Below, one piece after another: positions 19,626 through 27,526 of a DNA stretch of 64,000 nucleotides. The notes under the pieces were generated by a model. It saw only the letters and a list, made by a program, of their open reading frames with translations. It did no database searches and was not told where the DNA came from. Both the position numbers and the translations under genes were made by a program. Positions within the stretch are counted from its first letter, which is position 1. The number at the start of each line of letters is the position of its first letter. The DNA lies in contig SVHX01000001.1 in assembly GCA_015055665.1 (NCBI GenBank), positions 135,365 to 199,364 on the forward strand, written 5' to 3'. Origin of the DNA: Clostridiales bacterium. GTDB taxonomy: Bacteria > Bacillota > Clostridia > Christensenellales > UBA1242.

Positions 19626-20168
19626 ATGCAAGACAACAGAAAGAAATATATAGATTTTTTGGCAAAACGCAAGAAGAATTGTTACCAATTTATTACAGAT
19701 ACATTACTTAATGAGGAATCTCAAGACAACCTTAGTGTTCAATATAAAAACTGGAACACAGATGTTAGCAGCGCATCAATTCATTTCGATTTCAAAGTAT
19801 TCAATACATCTAAGCATTTTGGCAGAATAGCTAATGGATTTGCAATTCTTAATGCTTTTAGTTGTGATATTGGGATGACATCTTATGACAAGATTGAATC
19901 ATTTACAGAACATATCCGCAAAGAATATGGACAATTTATATATAATTTAATCAAAGAGGCAGAATCACAAGGAGCTACAACTCTAAGTAGCAAACAATAT
20001 TTAGAGGACTATAACGATTTCCACCGCTTTGTTCGTGACTCGAAAGTCACCTCAGCTCAGAAAGAGTTCAAAGAAAAATACGAAAAAATTGCTAAAGATT
20101 ATTCAGATATTAAATTATCTGCAGATGCTCCTGCTGACGAAAACAACGCCAGAGAATCTACTTTATAG
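19626..20168 (+). CDS. hypothetical protein, orphan paralog 1
   Basis: 180 aa with an AGGGG RBS. Clearly paralogous to the next gene: YIDFLAKRKKNCYQFITDTLL vs YIRFLDDNKLKCKKFIAETIL, and EYGQFIYNLIKEAESQGATTLSSKQY vs EFGTFVYNLIKSDQDKGETELNSEQY. I recognise no family. Confidence 0.7.
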   Translation: MQDNRKKYIDFLAKRKKNCYQFITDTLLNEESQDNLSVQYKNWNTDVSSASIHFDFKVFNTSKHFGRIANGFAILNAFSCDIGMTSYDKIESFTEHIRKEYGQFIYNLIKEAESQGATTLSSKQYLEDYNDFHRFVRDSKVTSAQKEFKEKYEKIAKDYSDIKLSADAPADENNARESTL

Positions 20169-20186
20169 AATAGTAGATTCTTTTTC
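20153..20186 (+). terminator. intrinsic terminator overlapping the stop of paralog 1
   Basis: AGAATCTACT-N9-AGTAGATTCT followed by TTTTT. Confidence 0.65.
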
Positions 20187-20210
20187 TATAAACATTTTTT
20201 AAGAAGGGTA

Positions 20211-20239
20211 TTTACAACCGCTATAACTTATGCTATACT
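20211..20239 (+). promoter_or_regulatory. sigma-A-type promoter of orphan paralog 2
   Basis: TTTACA (20211-20216), 17 nt, then TATACT (20234-20239). A GGGAGGGA RBS precedes ATG 20277. Confidence 0.55.
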
Positions 20240-20276
20240 ACATGTACTTACATAATTATGGGAGGGACATAACACA

Positions 20277-20822
20277 ATGGAACATAGTAAGGATTATGAG
20301 CAATACATTAGATTTTTGGATGACAATAAACTTAAATGCAAGAAATTTATAGCAGAAACAATATTAGAAAACAGACCGAATAATAATCGCAAGGTGTTAT
20401 TTAGCAATTGGTCTACTAACCACAACTTAACAGACATTGCATTTGAATTTAAGATTGTTGACAATAATTACCATAGGATATCGTGTGGTTTTGGCTGTTT
20501 TACCCCAGTAGAACTTCAATTAATTTTTAGAGATGGTGATGGACCACTAACAAAGAAAGTTTATTGCTACGATAAAGAATTTGGCACTTTTGTGTACAAC
20601 CTTATTAAAAGTGATCAAGACAAGGGAGAAACAGAGCTAAATAGCGAACAATACAGAAGATTGTACAACAAAATTCAAGACGAATATTATATTAAATTAG
20701 CAGAAGAAGCAAGACAAGATTTTGAGAAAAAACTACAAGGAATTTCTTTGCGTCGTGCAAATGCTTATTTATTCCCTGATGGTCTAGAATCTCCATTTGG
20801 TCCAGAATTAAGTGATAATTGA
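20277..20822 (+). CDS. hypothetical protein, orphan paralog 2
   Basis: 181 aa with a strong RBS. Paralog of 19626-20168. Confidence 0.7.
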   Translation: MEHSKDYEQYIRFLDDNKLKCKKFIAETILENRPNNNRKVLFSNWSTNHNLTDIAFEFKIVDNNYHRISCGFGCFTPVELQLIFRDGDGPLTKKVYCYDKEFGTFVYNLIKSDQDKGETELNSEQYRRLYNKIQDEYYIKLAEEARQDFEKKLQGISLRRANAYLFPDGLESPFGPELSDN

Positions 20823-20886
20823 TATAATCCATATATGATAATGAATAAATATTAGACAACTTGTATCATTATACAATGTATTGCAT

Positions 20887-20920
20887 AAAAATAACTCACA
20901 ATATATGTGAGTTATTTTTT
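20887..20920. terminator. bidirectional terminator between paralog 2 and the acyltransferase gene
   Basis: ATAACTCACA-atata-TGTGAGTTAT flanked by an A-run and a T-run. Confidence 0.65.
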
Positions 20921-20924
20921 ATAA

Positions 20925-21677
20925 TCATATCCCCTTCTCACTCTCAACAAGCTCCTCTTCTTGTTCAAAAGAGAGTTTGCCAAGTTCATTACATCTATCA
21001 CATAGCTGTTGAGATATTTCTTCCTTGGTGAGCCCCTTAGAAAATAATTCAGAAAGCATAATAGGTTTATCTATAACATAAGTTCTAGTTGACTTCTGAT
21101 AATAAGCCACATAGATTGGAACATCCATATCCTTCTTCTGACACATATTACAAAGCAATGTAAAACCAGCATGAAAGCCCTCTAACTCATCAAGATAACC
21201 CTTGGACGAATCTTCTGGGAATATTATAATATTCTGATTATCTTCAAGTGCTGCAAGGCTTTCGTTAAGAGTAGTCCTTAATTTGCCTCCACGATATACA
21301 GGAATAAGTCTTAACCCTCTATAGAATATAAATGTTAGAGGAGTAGCAAGAAGACAGAATAATCTAGCTGCGAATAAATTCCAATGTTTCTTCTCATGAT
21401 AATATACTCTTGTCTGATATTTATATAGAGTAAATATATTAGAATTCATCTCATACGCACCCCAGAACCTTATGTTTTTGCAAGGACCGTATAACTCAAA
21501 CGCTAGAGGAGCAGATGTTCCTACATGATTACTAAGAATTATTCCTCTATCTCCAAGCTCCTCACCTAGGAAAACAAACTTACTCTTCTTAATAAATATC
21601 CGCATAATCTTTTTTAGACCCCTAAACCACGCCTTACGATAATGCTTAGGCTTATCTGTTCTTACATTTTTTGCCAT
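20925..21677 (-). CDS. lysophospholipid (PlsC-type) acyltransferase family protein
   Basis: About 250 aa from ATG 21677 (GAGGTG RBS; the track ORF starts at 21704). Has an NHVGTSAP-type HX4D-like region and FPEDSSKGY (FPEG-like box) typical of glycerolipid acyltransferases. Confidence 0.6.
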   Translation of the reverse strand: MAKNVRTDKPKHYRKAWFRGLKKIMRIFIKKSKFVFLGEELGDRGIILSNHVGTSAPLAFELYGPCKNIRFWGAYEMNSNIFTLYKYQTRVYYHEKKHWNLFAARLFCLLATPLTFIFYRGLRLIPVYRGGKLRTTLNESLAALEDNQNIIIFPEDSSKGYLDELEGFHAGFTLLCNMCQKKDMDVPIYVAYYQKSTRTYVIDKPIMLSELFSKGLTKEEISQQLCDRCNELGKLSFEQEEELVESEKGI

Positions 21678-21946
21678 AACCACAACACCTCGAATTAAAT
21701 ACACTAAATTACTAACAACATATATAGAATTACTATATACTTTATTGTAACATAGTTCGATAAAAAATCAAATAAAAGTACACTAAATTATATGATTGCA
21801 ATTAAGAATTAATAATATCAATGTAAAAATTGATGCTAGACAAACAAAGATATCTTTTTGAATAATTAAATCAACCTATATACATGACAGCCTTACAAAG
21901 CACATCAACCTAACAGTCAAACGCAAAATATAAATTTTAATTTAAT

Positions 21947-22258
21947 ATCACGCCAAGTGATGCGAACGCCCTCGCGCTTCGCACGAGTACACGCGTCGCG
22001 AGTTCCTATGTGATAACATAGACATTACGTAGTAATGGGAATCTCGTCTGCAAGCCACAAAAAAAAGCACCATACGGTGCTTAATTATTGGAGCGGAAAA
22101 CAGATTCGGTGCCGAGCATCACACCAAGTGATGCGAACGCCCTCGTGCCCCGCACGAGTACACGCGTCGCGAGTTCCTATGTGATAACATAGACATTACA
22201 TAGTAATGGGAATCTCGTCTGCAAGCTACAAAAAAAGCACCATACGGTGCTTAATTAT
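21947..22258 (-). repeat. tandem 170/171-bp repeat (2 units) directly downstream of tRNA-Gly; unit 1 ends with a degenerate copy of the tRNA-Gly 3' end
   Basis: TGGAGCGGAA (complement of the tRNA 3' end) occurs at 22259 and again at 22089, extended by a degenerate T-arm copy. Each unit, read on the minus strand, has terminator AAGCACC-GTAT-GGTGCTT plus T7/T8 and then a hairpin chain. I see about 6 substitutions and 1 indel between the units. Confidence 0.9.
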
Positions 22259-22333
22259 TGGAGCGGAAGACGAGATTCGAACTCGCGACATTCGCCTTGG
22301 CAAGGCGACGCTCTACCACTGAGCCACTCCCGC
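22259..22333 (-). tRNA. tRNA-Gly (GCC), CCA encoded
   Basis: Minus strand GCGGGAG..CTTGCCAAG..GCGAGTTCGAATCTCGT CTTCCGC T CCA. The cloverleaf folds by hand. Confidence 0.9.
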
Positions 22334-22398
22334 AAATTTAGGCTTAATAAGCCTCGTGTTATAGGAACTATTAAATCAACATGGTTAATTTAATAAAA

Positions 22399-22474
22399 TG
22401 GTGGGAGTTATAGGGCTCGAACCTATGACCTCCTGCTTGTAAGGCAGATGCTCTCCCAGCTGAGCTAAACTCCC
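22399..22474 (-). tRNA. tRNA-Val (TAC), CCA encoded
   Basis: Minus strand GGGAGTT TA GCTC AGCTGGGA GAGC .. CTTACAA .. ATAGG TTCGAGC CCTAT AACTCCC A CCA. Confidence 0.9.
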
Positions 22475-22508
22475 ACACTGCTTCGTACTTCCTATTTAGT
22501 ACTTTATT

Positions 22509-22537
22509 AATATACCAAATATTTTAGAATTTTGCAA
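22509..22537 (-). promoter_or_regulatory. sigma-A-type promoter of the tRNA-Val/tRNA-Gly unit
   Basis: Minus strand TTGCAA (22532-22537), 17 nt, then TATATT (22509-22514). It lies about 35 nt upstream of tRNA-Val. Confidence 0.55.
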
Positions 22538-22742
22538 CCCTTTTTTGCAACTTTTTTAAAAATTTTTTAATATTTTTAATTACAATATTATTTAAACACG
22601 CAATACACGCTTAATTTAGGCTTTTTACAAACATAACATACAAATAAAAAACCTTAAAAATTAAATTGTATAATGGTAAAGTCTATATATAATATCATAC
22701 AAAACAATTTTTAAGGTTAATCAAAATGTGAAACTAGGCTAA

Positions 22743-22886
22743 TTAGTTACAATTTTTTGTTCTAGAAGTCTTTTTGCTTGAAGTTCTAGAAGTTGTCTTT
22801 GCATTATCTGTACTAGCTTCTGCTTTGTTAGAAGTTCTCTTACTAGCAGTTTTCTTAGTAGTACAATCGCACTTTCTACTTGCCAT
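22743..22886 (-). CDS. candidate small basic protein (47 aa, K/S/T-rich, Cys at both ends)
   Basis: Below the track threshold. The minus strand has GGAGGTG, then 5 nt, then ATG. Translation: MASRKCDCTTKKTASKRTSNKAEASTDNAKTTSRTSSKKTSRTKNCN, ending in TAA. I recognise no homolog. Confidence 0.4.
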   Translation of the reverse strand: MASRKCDCTTKKTASKRTSNKAEASTDNAKTTSRTSSKKTSRTKNCN

Positions 22887-23046
22887 ATTTTCACCTCCTA
22901 TAATTACAAGGCTTTCATTTACCTTGTACTTATATTTTGGTTCTCTCTCGCCAAAATATTACATTATTATCTATCCAAATTATGTAAATATAGTCAACAA
23001 AAAAATCTACAGGCAACTACCTATAAAATTCTTTAAAAACTATAAA

Positions 23047-23706
23047 TTATCTTCCGTTATATTTATCAGCTATACTCTTAGCATATAGAGATGTATATAA
23101 CCAATGACATACACACCAAACTAGTAACGCCACTAGATAAATCCAGTATGTGTCCCAGAATATCTCGTTTAATACCGAAATAATCAATAATACAAATGCA
23201 ACAAATATCAACGATCTACCAGCAATAATGTGAGTCTGTCGCCAAACAATAGAGTTAGACTTTACCCATCTATATCCAAATATAGAGAAATCATCTTTGT
23301 CCTTGTTAATAGTGTAATACCCCTCTGCAATAAAGAATAGACCAAAAGGAAACAATATCATAATTGCCCAAGGCCAATCAAGAGATACGCCTAATGCATA
23401 GTTGTTGTATTGTAGTAACATTAGTACCCACATTACATATGTAGTAAATGCAAGTGCTACCCAAGAGATAAGATATCTATATTTATGCTCCTTTGGATTA
23501 TATACATCCAATAGATATATAACTAACATACAGATAACTTGCGTAATAGGAATAATCAAATTATACCATCTTGAAATGTATGTAGACGCATACAAATTAC
23601 CTGTTAAGCCAAATATTACATTGTCTGGTAAAAAGAACATAAAAACAATAGCACAAATCAAATTAATAACACTATAAATAAATATTAATCTAGAAGTTTT
23701 AGTCAT
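23047..23706 (-). CDS. SdpI/YhfL-family multi-pass membrane protein
   Basis: 219 aa with about 6 hydrophobic segments. GYRWVKSNSIVWRQTHIIAGR resembles the SdpI-family GxR..W...W..THR..G motif. Confidence 0.55.
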   Translation of the reverse strand: MTKTSRLIFIYSVINLICAIVFMFFLPDNVIFGLTGNLYASTYISRWYNLIIPITQVICMLVIYLLDVYNPKEHKYRYLISWVALAFTTYVMWVLMLLQYNNYALGVSLDWPWAIMILFPFGLFFIAEGYYTINKDKDDFSIFGYRWVKSNSIVWRQTHIIAGRSLIFVAFVLLIISVLNEIFWDTYWIYLVALLVWCVCHWLYTSLYAKSIADKYNGR

Positions 23707-23889
23707 AATATCCCTTCCCCCTTTTAAAAAGTGTCGTGTACTATTATTTTAAATTAAAATTATGTATTTGTCAATACCCAATTTTGATAAAATATTAGTT
23801 TTACATTTATACATAATTAACATATTAAATTTAAATCCAAAAAAACACTATATTAGTGCGTTAATCTAACATAGTGTTCTTATATTTTA

Positions 23890-25536
23890 TTATTCAATTG
23901 AGATAATATAATAATAAACTGGTTGCTCACCACTTATCATATTAATGTCGCAATTAGGATACTTCTGTTCTAGTTCTTCAGCAAGTAAATTAGCATCATC
24001 CTCTGCAACGTCTTTGCCATAGAACAAAGTTATATTAAGACTTTCGTCAGTAACAAGTTTATCTATTAATTGAACAGTTGTATCTTTGACAAGCGTTCCC
24101 TTAGCAATAATACCCTTATTATCAAGGCCAATAATGTCACCTGTCTGAACATCAAATCCATTAACATGTGTAGTCCTAACAGCATATGTAACCGAACCAC
24201 TTGTAACAGAATCTTTGGCATTGGCCATGTTCTCAATGTTCTCTTCAACTGTTCCGTCTGGATTAAATGCAAGAACAGCCGAAACACCCTCAGGAATAGA
24301 CTTAGTAGGAATAACATGAAGAATCTTCTTAGTAAGGGATTTTGCTTGCTCTGCAGCAAGAATAATATTCTTGTTATTAGGTAATACAATAACATTTTTG
24401 GCAGGGATACGGTCTACGGCTTTGGCAATATCTTCAGCAGAAGGATTCATTGTCTGGCCACCTTCGATCATATCATCAACTAGTAGGTCTGCAAATACAT
24501 TAGCAATACCTTGTCCAGGAGCAACAGCCACCATACCAATCTCTTTAAGATTCTGTTCTCTAGCAGTTTGAGCACGCTTAAGTTCTCTATTCTGCTCAAC
24601 CATATTCTCAATCTTGATATTGATAATCTCTCCAAGCTCAAGTGCTGCACCAAGAGCTAAATTAGGTTCGTTAGTATGAACGTGGCACTTAACAAGCTCA
24701 AGGTCACCAAAGCACACTACGCTATCACCAATCTGTGATAATCCTTCTCTAAACTTCTCGATATCACTCTCGGTAGTCTTCTTCTTCATATGTGTAATCA
24801 TGAACTCTGTACAATATGCAAATTCGATATCTGCAAGATTATCAAGATTAACATAGAAATCATTGTTGTTCATTGTCTGAGTACTAATAAGTTGCTCAAT
24901 ATTTATATCAAAGTCTTCTTCTCCAAGGATAATCTTCTCCATACCCTTGAATATGATAATAAGACCTCTACCACCAGCATCAACAACGCCAGCCTTCTTA
25001 AGTACAGGCAACATCTCAGGTGTCTGTTGAAGAATAGCTTCGCCATCATTAAGTATAGCTTCAAAGAACGGTTCAAAGTTATTAAACTTCTTACAATTCC
25101 TTTGAGCAGACTCTGCGATTACTCTAATTACGGTAAGAATTGTTCCTTCCTTAGGAGCAGCAACGGATTTATAAGCAATTGCAGCACCTTCAGACAAAGC
25201 CTTGGCAAATACCTTGGTAGTAATCTCCTTGTCACAAGTACCTATGATATTACAAATACCCTTAAGTATCTGTGACAAAATAACACCAGAATTACCTCTA
25301 GCTCCTCTAAGCGCGCCAGTTATTACTGCTCTAGTAATGCTGGCAAAGTCGTTCTCAAGACAGTTGTTAAGCTCCTTAACAACATTGTTATATGTAAGAC
25401 TCATATTAGTTCCTGTATCGCCATCTGGCACAGGGAACACGTTAAGTGAATCAACGAAAGATTTGTTATCATCTAAAATCTTAGCACTAGCAATTATCAT
25501 TTTTCTAAAACAAGTGCTATTAATTGTTTTTTGCAT
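23890..25536 (-). CDS. yloV: DAK2-domain fusion protein YloV
   Basis: 548 aa. Has the DGDTGTNM motif and a DegV-like C-terminal half. Follows the asp23-like gene as in B. subtilis. Confidence 0.88.
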   Translation of the reverse strand: MQKTINSTCFRKMIIASAKILDDNKSFVDSLNVFPVPDGDTGTNMSLTYNNVVKELNNCLENDFASITRAVITGALRGARGNSGVILSQILKGICNIIGTCDKEITTKVFAKALSEGAAIAYKSVAAPKEGTILTVIRVIAESAQRNCKKFNNFEPFFEAILNDGEAILQQTPEMLPVLKKAGVVDAGGRGLIIIFKGMEKIILGEEDFDINIEQLISTQTMNNNDFYVNLDNLADIEFAYCTEFMITHMKKKTTESDIEKFREGLSQIGDSVVCFGDLELVKCHVHTNEPNLALGAALELGEIINIKIENMVEQNRELKRAQTAREQNLKEIGMVAVAPGQGIANVFADLLVDDMIEGGQTMNPSAEDIAKAVDRIPAKNVIVLPNNKNIILAAEQAKSLTKKILHVIPTKSIPEGVSAVLAFNPDGTVEENIENMANAKDSVTSGSVTYAVRTTHVNGFDVQTGDIIGLDNKGIIAKGTLVKDTTVQLIDKLVTDESLNITLFYGKDVAEDDANLLAEELEQKYPNCDINMISGEQPVYYYIISIE

Positions 25537-25558
25537 ATCTATATCCTTTTCAAAAGAG

Positions 25559-25891
25559 TTATACTCTAACTCCTACTACATTAATATTAACACTATCGAC
25601 TATCATACCTGTAAATTGTTCTACGCCATATTTAACGGCACTCTTAAGGTTGTCGGTAACTGTCCCAATAGATACACCATACTTAAGTATAACGTTAAGG
25701 TCAATGTATATCCTATTACCTACAGTAATAATCTTAATACCCTTGGTAAGAACATTTTTCGACTTAACAGAGCCTTGTCCAACTAGGTCAACAACGCCAT
25801 AACATTCCCTTGCTATATGTCCAGTTGCACACGAAATAGCCTCGTCATTAATTGTAATATTGCCATAAGCATTACTAGTTTTAACCGACAT
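25559..25891 (-). CDS. yloU: Asp23/Gls24 family envelope-stress protein (YloU)
   Basis: 110 aa from ATG 25891 (GGAGGTG RBS). Typical Asp23 sequence (ECYGVVDL...KIITVGN...DLNVILKYGVSI). Confidence 0.85.
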   Translation of the reverse strand: MSVKTSNAYGNITINDEAISCATGHIARECYGVVDLVGQGSVKSKNVLTKGIKIITVGNRIYIDLNVILKYGVSIGTVTDNLKSAVKYGVEQFTGMIVDSVNINVVGVRV

Positions 25892-26056
25892 ATACACCTC
25901 CATGAGTATTATATTCCGACCGAAGTCAATATTTTCATACTACACAACACACCTATTGTATTATATAGTACATATTGATTTTACAACAAGATACACATTT
26001 TTGCAAGAGATTTTCAAAAAAATTATAAATAAGTTAAATAAACTTTCAAAAAAGTC

Positions 26057-26085
26057 TTGCCAACCAGCAAATTATTTGTTATAAT
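26057..26085 (+). promoter_or_regulatory. sigma-A-type promoter of rpmB
   Basis: TTGCCA (26057-26062), 17 nt, then TATAAT (26080-26085). Confidence 0.55.
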
Positions 26086-26185
26086 CTCTAATGTCAAAGT
26101 AAGCTAAAAAGCAAACTACGAGATATACAATATAAATATTGTATGTTTGATTTAAAACAAAATTACCATGGGGGTGAATTTTACA

Positions 26186-26374
26186 ATGGCAAAGGAATGT
26201 TTTATATGTAGTAAGAAAAAAGTGGCTGGAAACCAAGTAAGTCACTCTCATATCGCTACAAGAAGAACTTGGGGTGCAAACCTTCAGAAGAAGTCTATTG
26301 AAGTAGACGGCAAGATTCAAAATGAATATATTTGCACTAGATGTCTTAAGACACTAAAAAATGGCGAGAAATAA
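26186..26374 (+). CDS. rpmB: 50S ribosomal protein L28
   Basis: 62 aa from ATG 26186 (GGGGGTGA RBS). MAKECFICSKKKVAGNQVSHSHIATRRTWGANLQ is the L28 signature. Confidence 0.93.
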   Translation: MAKECFICSKKKVAGNQVSHSHIATRRTWGANLQKKSIEVDGKIQNEYICTRCLKTLKNGEK

Positions 26375-26400
26375 TCTCACCATTTTATTTTTTTAATAAG

Positions 26401-26456
26401 AAAGCACCGATAATAAAGTAATACTTATAGAGATTACTTCGTAATCGGTGCTTTTT
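26401..26456. terminator. long composite hairpin/terminator between rpmB and the convergent 74-aa ORF
   Basis: Outer stem AAAGCACCGAT/ATCGGTGCTTT and inner stem AAGTAAT/ATTACTT, followed by a T-run. Confidence 0.55.
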
Positions 26457-26680
26457 CATATTAATAGATTATCAGAAATAATTGGAATATCCTTATAATC
26501 AGAACTATTTGACATTGAGTATCCTCTGTACTTCATGTCGCAATTTAAGCTTAAATACTCAAACTGCTCCGAATTAACTGCAAAAAAGACATTATGCCCC
26601 TGGGCAATAAGTTCATTGGATAGTTTAAAATCCATATTAAATTGAGAATCGCTATAATTAACTAATATAACAATCTTCAT
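26456..26680 (-). CDS. hypothetical small protein (74 aa)
   Basis: ORF only, with a weak GGTG RBS and no recognised motif. It occupies the slot where B. subtilis has thiN/spoVM. Confidence 0.35.
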   Translation of the reverse strand: MKIVILVNYSDSQFNMDFKLSNELIAQGHNVFFAVNSEQFEYLSLNCDMKYRGYSMSNSSDYKDIPIISDNLLI

Positions 26681-26857
26681 TTGTATAACACCAATTATCT
26701 AGAACAATTTTTCCTAAACACTATCTTAAAAAGTGGCTTTAATATCCCCGGTAGCTTAAAACAATATATACGCATACTAATAACACCTTCTTTAATCACT
26801 TATACTACCAATAATATATGTGCAATTTTAAGAAAAAGTGCTAGCATCACAAAATAT

Positions 26858-27526
26858 CTATTGAGCCTTATTCTTATAATGTTTGTCTATTGTATTAAGA
26901 AGTTCTTGCCTATTACTTGCCTTATAAAAGGCATTACCCATTACCAAAAAATCAGCTCCAGCCTCAACAATTTGCTTATAATTGTCAAGATTAATACCTC
27001 CATCAACCTCGACAATAATATTTTTATTATTTGCAAGAGCTCTAGCGTCCTTAATCTTCTGAATTGAGGAATCAATAAACATCTGCCCACTCTTGCCCGG
27101 CTCAACCGACATAATCAATATAAGATCAATATATTCGGCGAGATCTATAAGATTAGATACACTCGTGTTTGGCTTAATAGACACACCAAACATAATATCT
27201 TTGGAGCGAATCAGTTTAGACAGCTTCTTTAGTTGTCTTTTATTTTTTACTGCTTCATAATGAACAGTTATAATATTAGGCTTAATAGCAAGATAATTAT
27301 TAATAATCTTATGGGGCTTGTCTACCATAAGATGTATATCGAGCAAAATGTTGCAATTATTACGAACATTAGTGATAGTTTCAAGATCAAGACAAGTACT
27401 CTTAACGAACTTGCCATCCATCACATCACAATGCAAATATTCGACACCCATATCATATATAGATTTCGCGTATTCTAGTAAATTTTCTTCCTTCTCAGGA
27501 TTAGAACTTGGCAATACTTTAATCAT
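26858..27526 (-). CDS. rpe: ribulose-phosphate 3-epimerase
   Basis: 222 aa. YLHCDVMDGKFV and MSVEPGKSGQ motifs. Overlaps the rsgA stop. Confidence 0.93.
   Translation of the reverse strand: MIKVLPSSNPEKEENLLEYAKSIYDMGVEYLHCDVMDGKFVKSTCLDLETITNVRNNCNILLDIHLMVDKPHKIINNYLAIKPNIITVHYEAVKNKRQLKKLSKLIRSKDIMFGVSIKPNTSVSNLIDLAEYIDLILIMSVEPGKSGQMFIDSSIQKIKDARALANNKNIIVEVDGGINLDNYKQIVEAGADFLVMGNAFYKASNRQELLNTIDKHYKNKAQ

Noticed and set aside
19154-22258. Could the tRNA-linked arrays be CRISPR arrays?
   Set aside because: The ~150-nt segments between the short repeated tRNA ends are themselves near identical, so there are no unique spacers. Unit length is ~170 bp, there are only two units, and no cas genes are in the window.
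18965-22474. An intact prophage, ICE or genomic island integrated at the tRNA genes.
   Set aside because: No integrase, excisionase, replication or phage structural genes lie between or next to the tRNAs. The enclosed segment is only 2.4 kb with three small genes. Only att-like footprints remain.
22774-23088. 104-aa plus-strand ORF rich in L/V/F.
   Set aside because: It is the antisense shadow of the K/S/T-rich 47-codon minus-strand ORF and of the intergenic leader. It has no RBS and a low-complexity hydrophobic translation.
26681-27067. 128-aa plus-strand ORF between the 74-aa ORF and rpe.
   Set aside because: More than half of it is antisense to the well-supported rpe gene. It has an I/L/N/K-rich low-complexity translation and no RBS.
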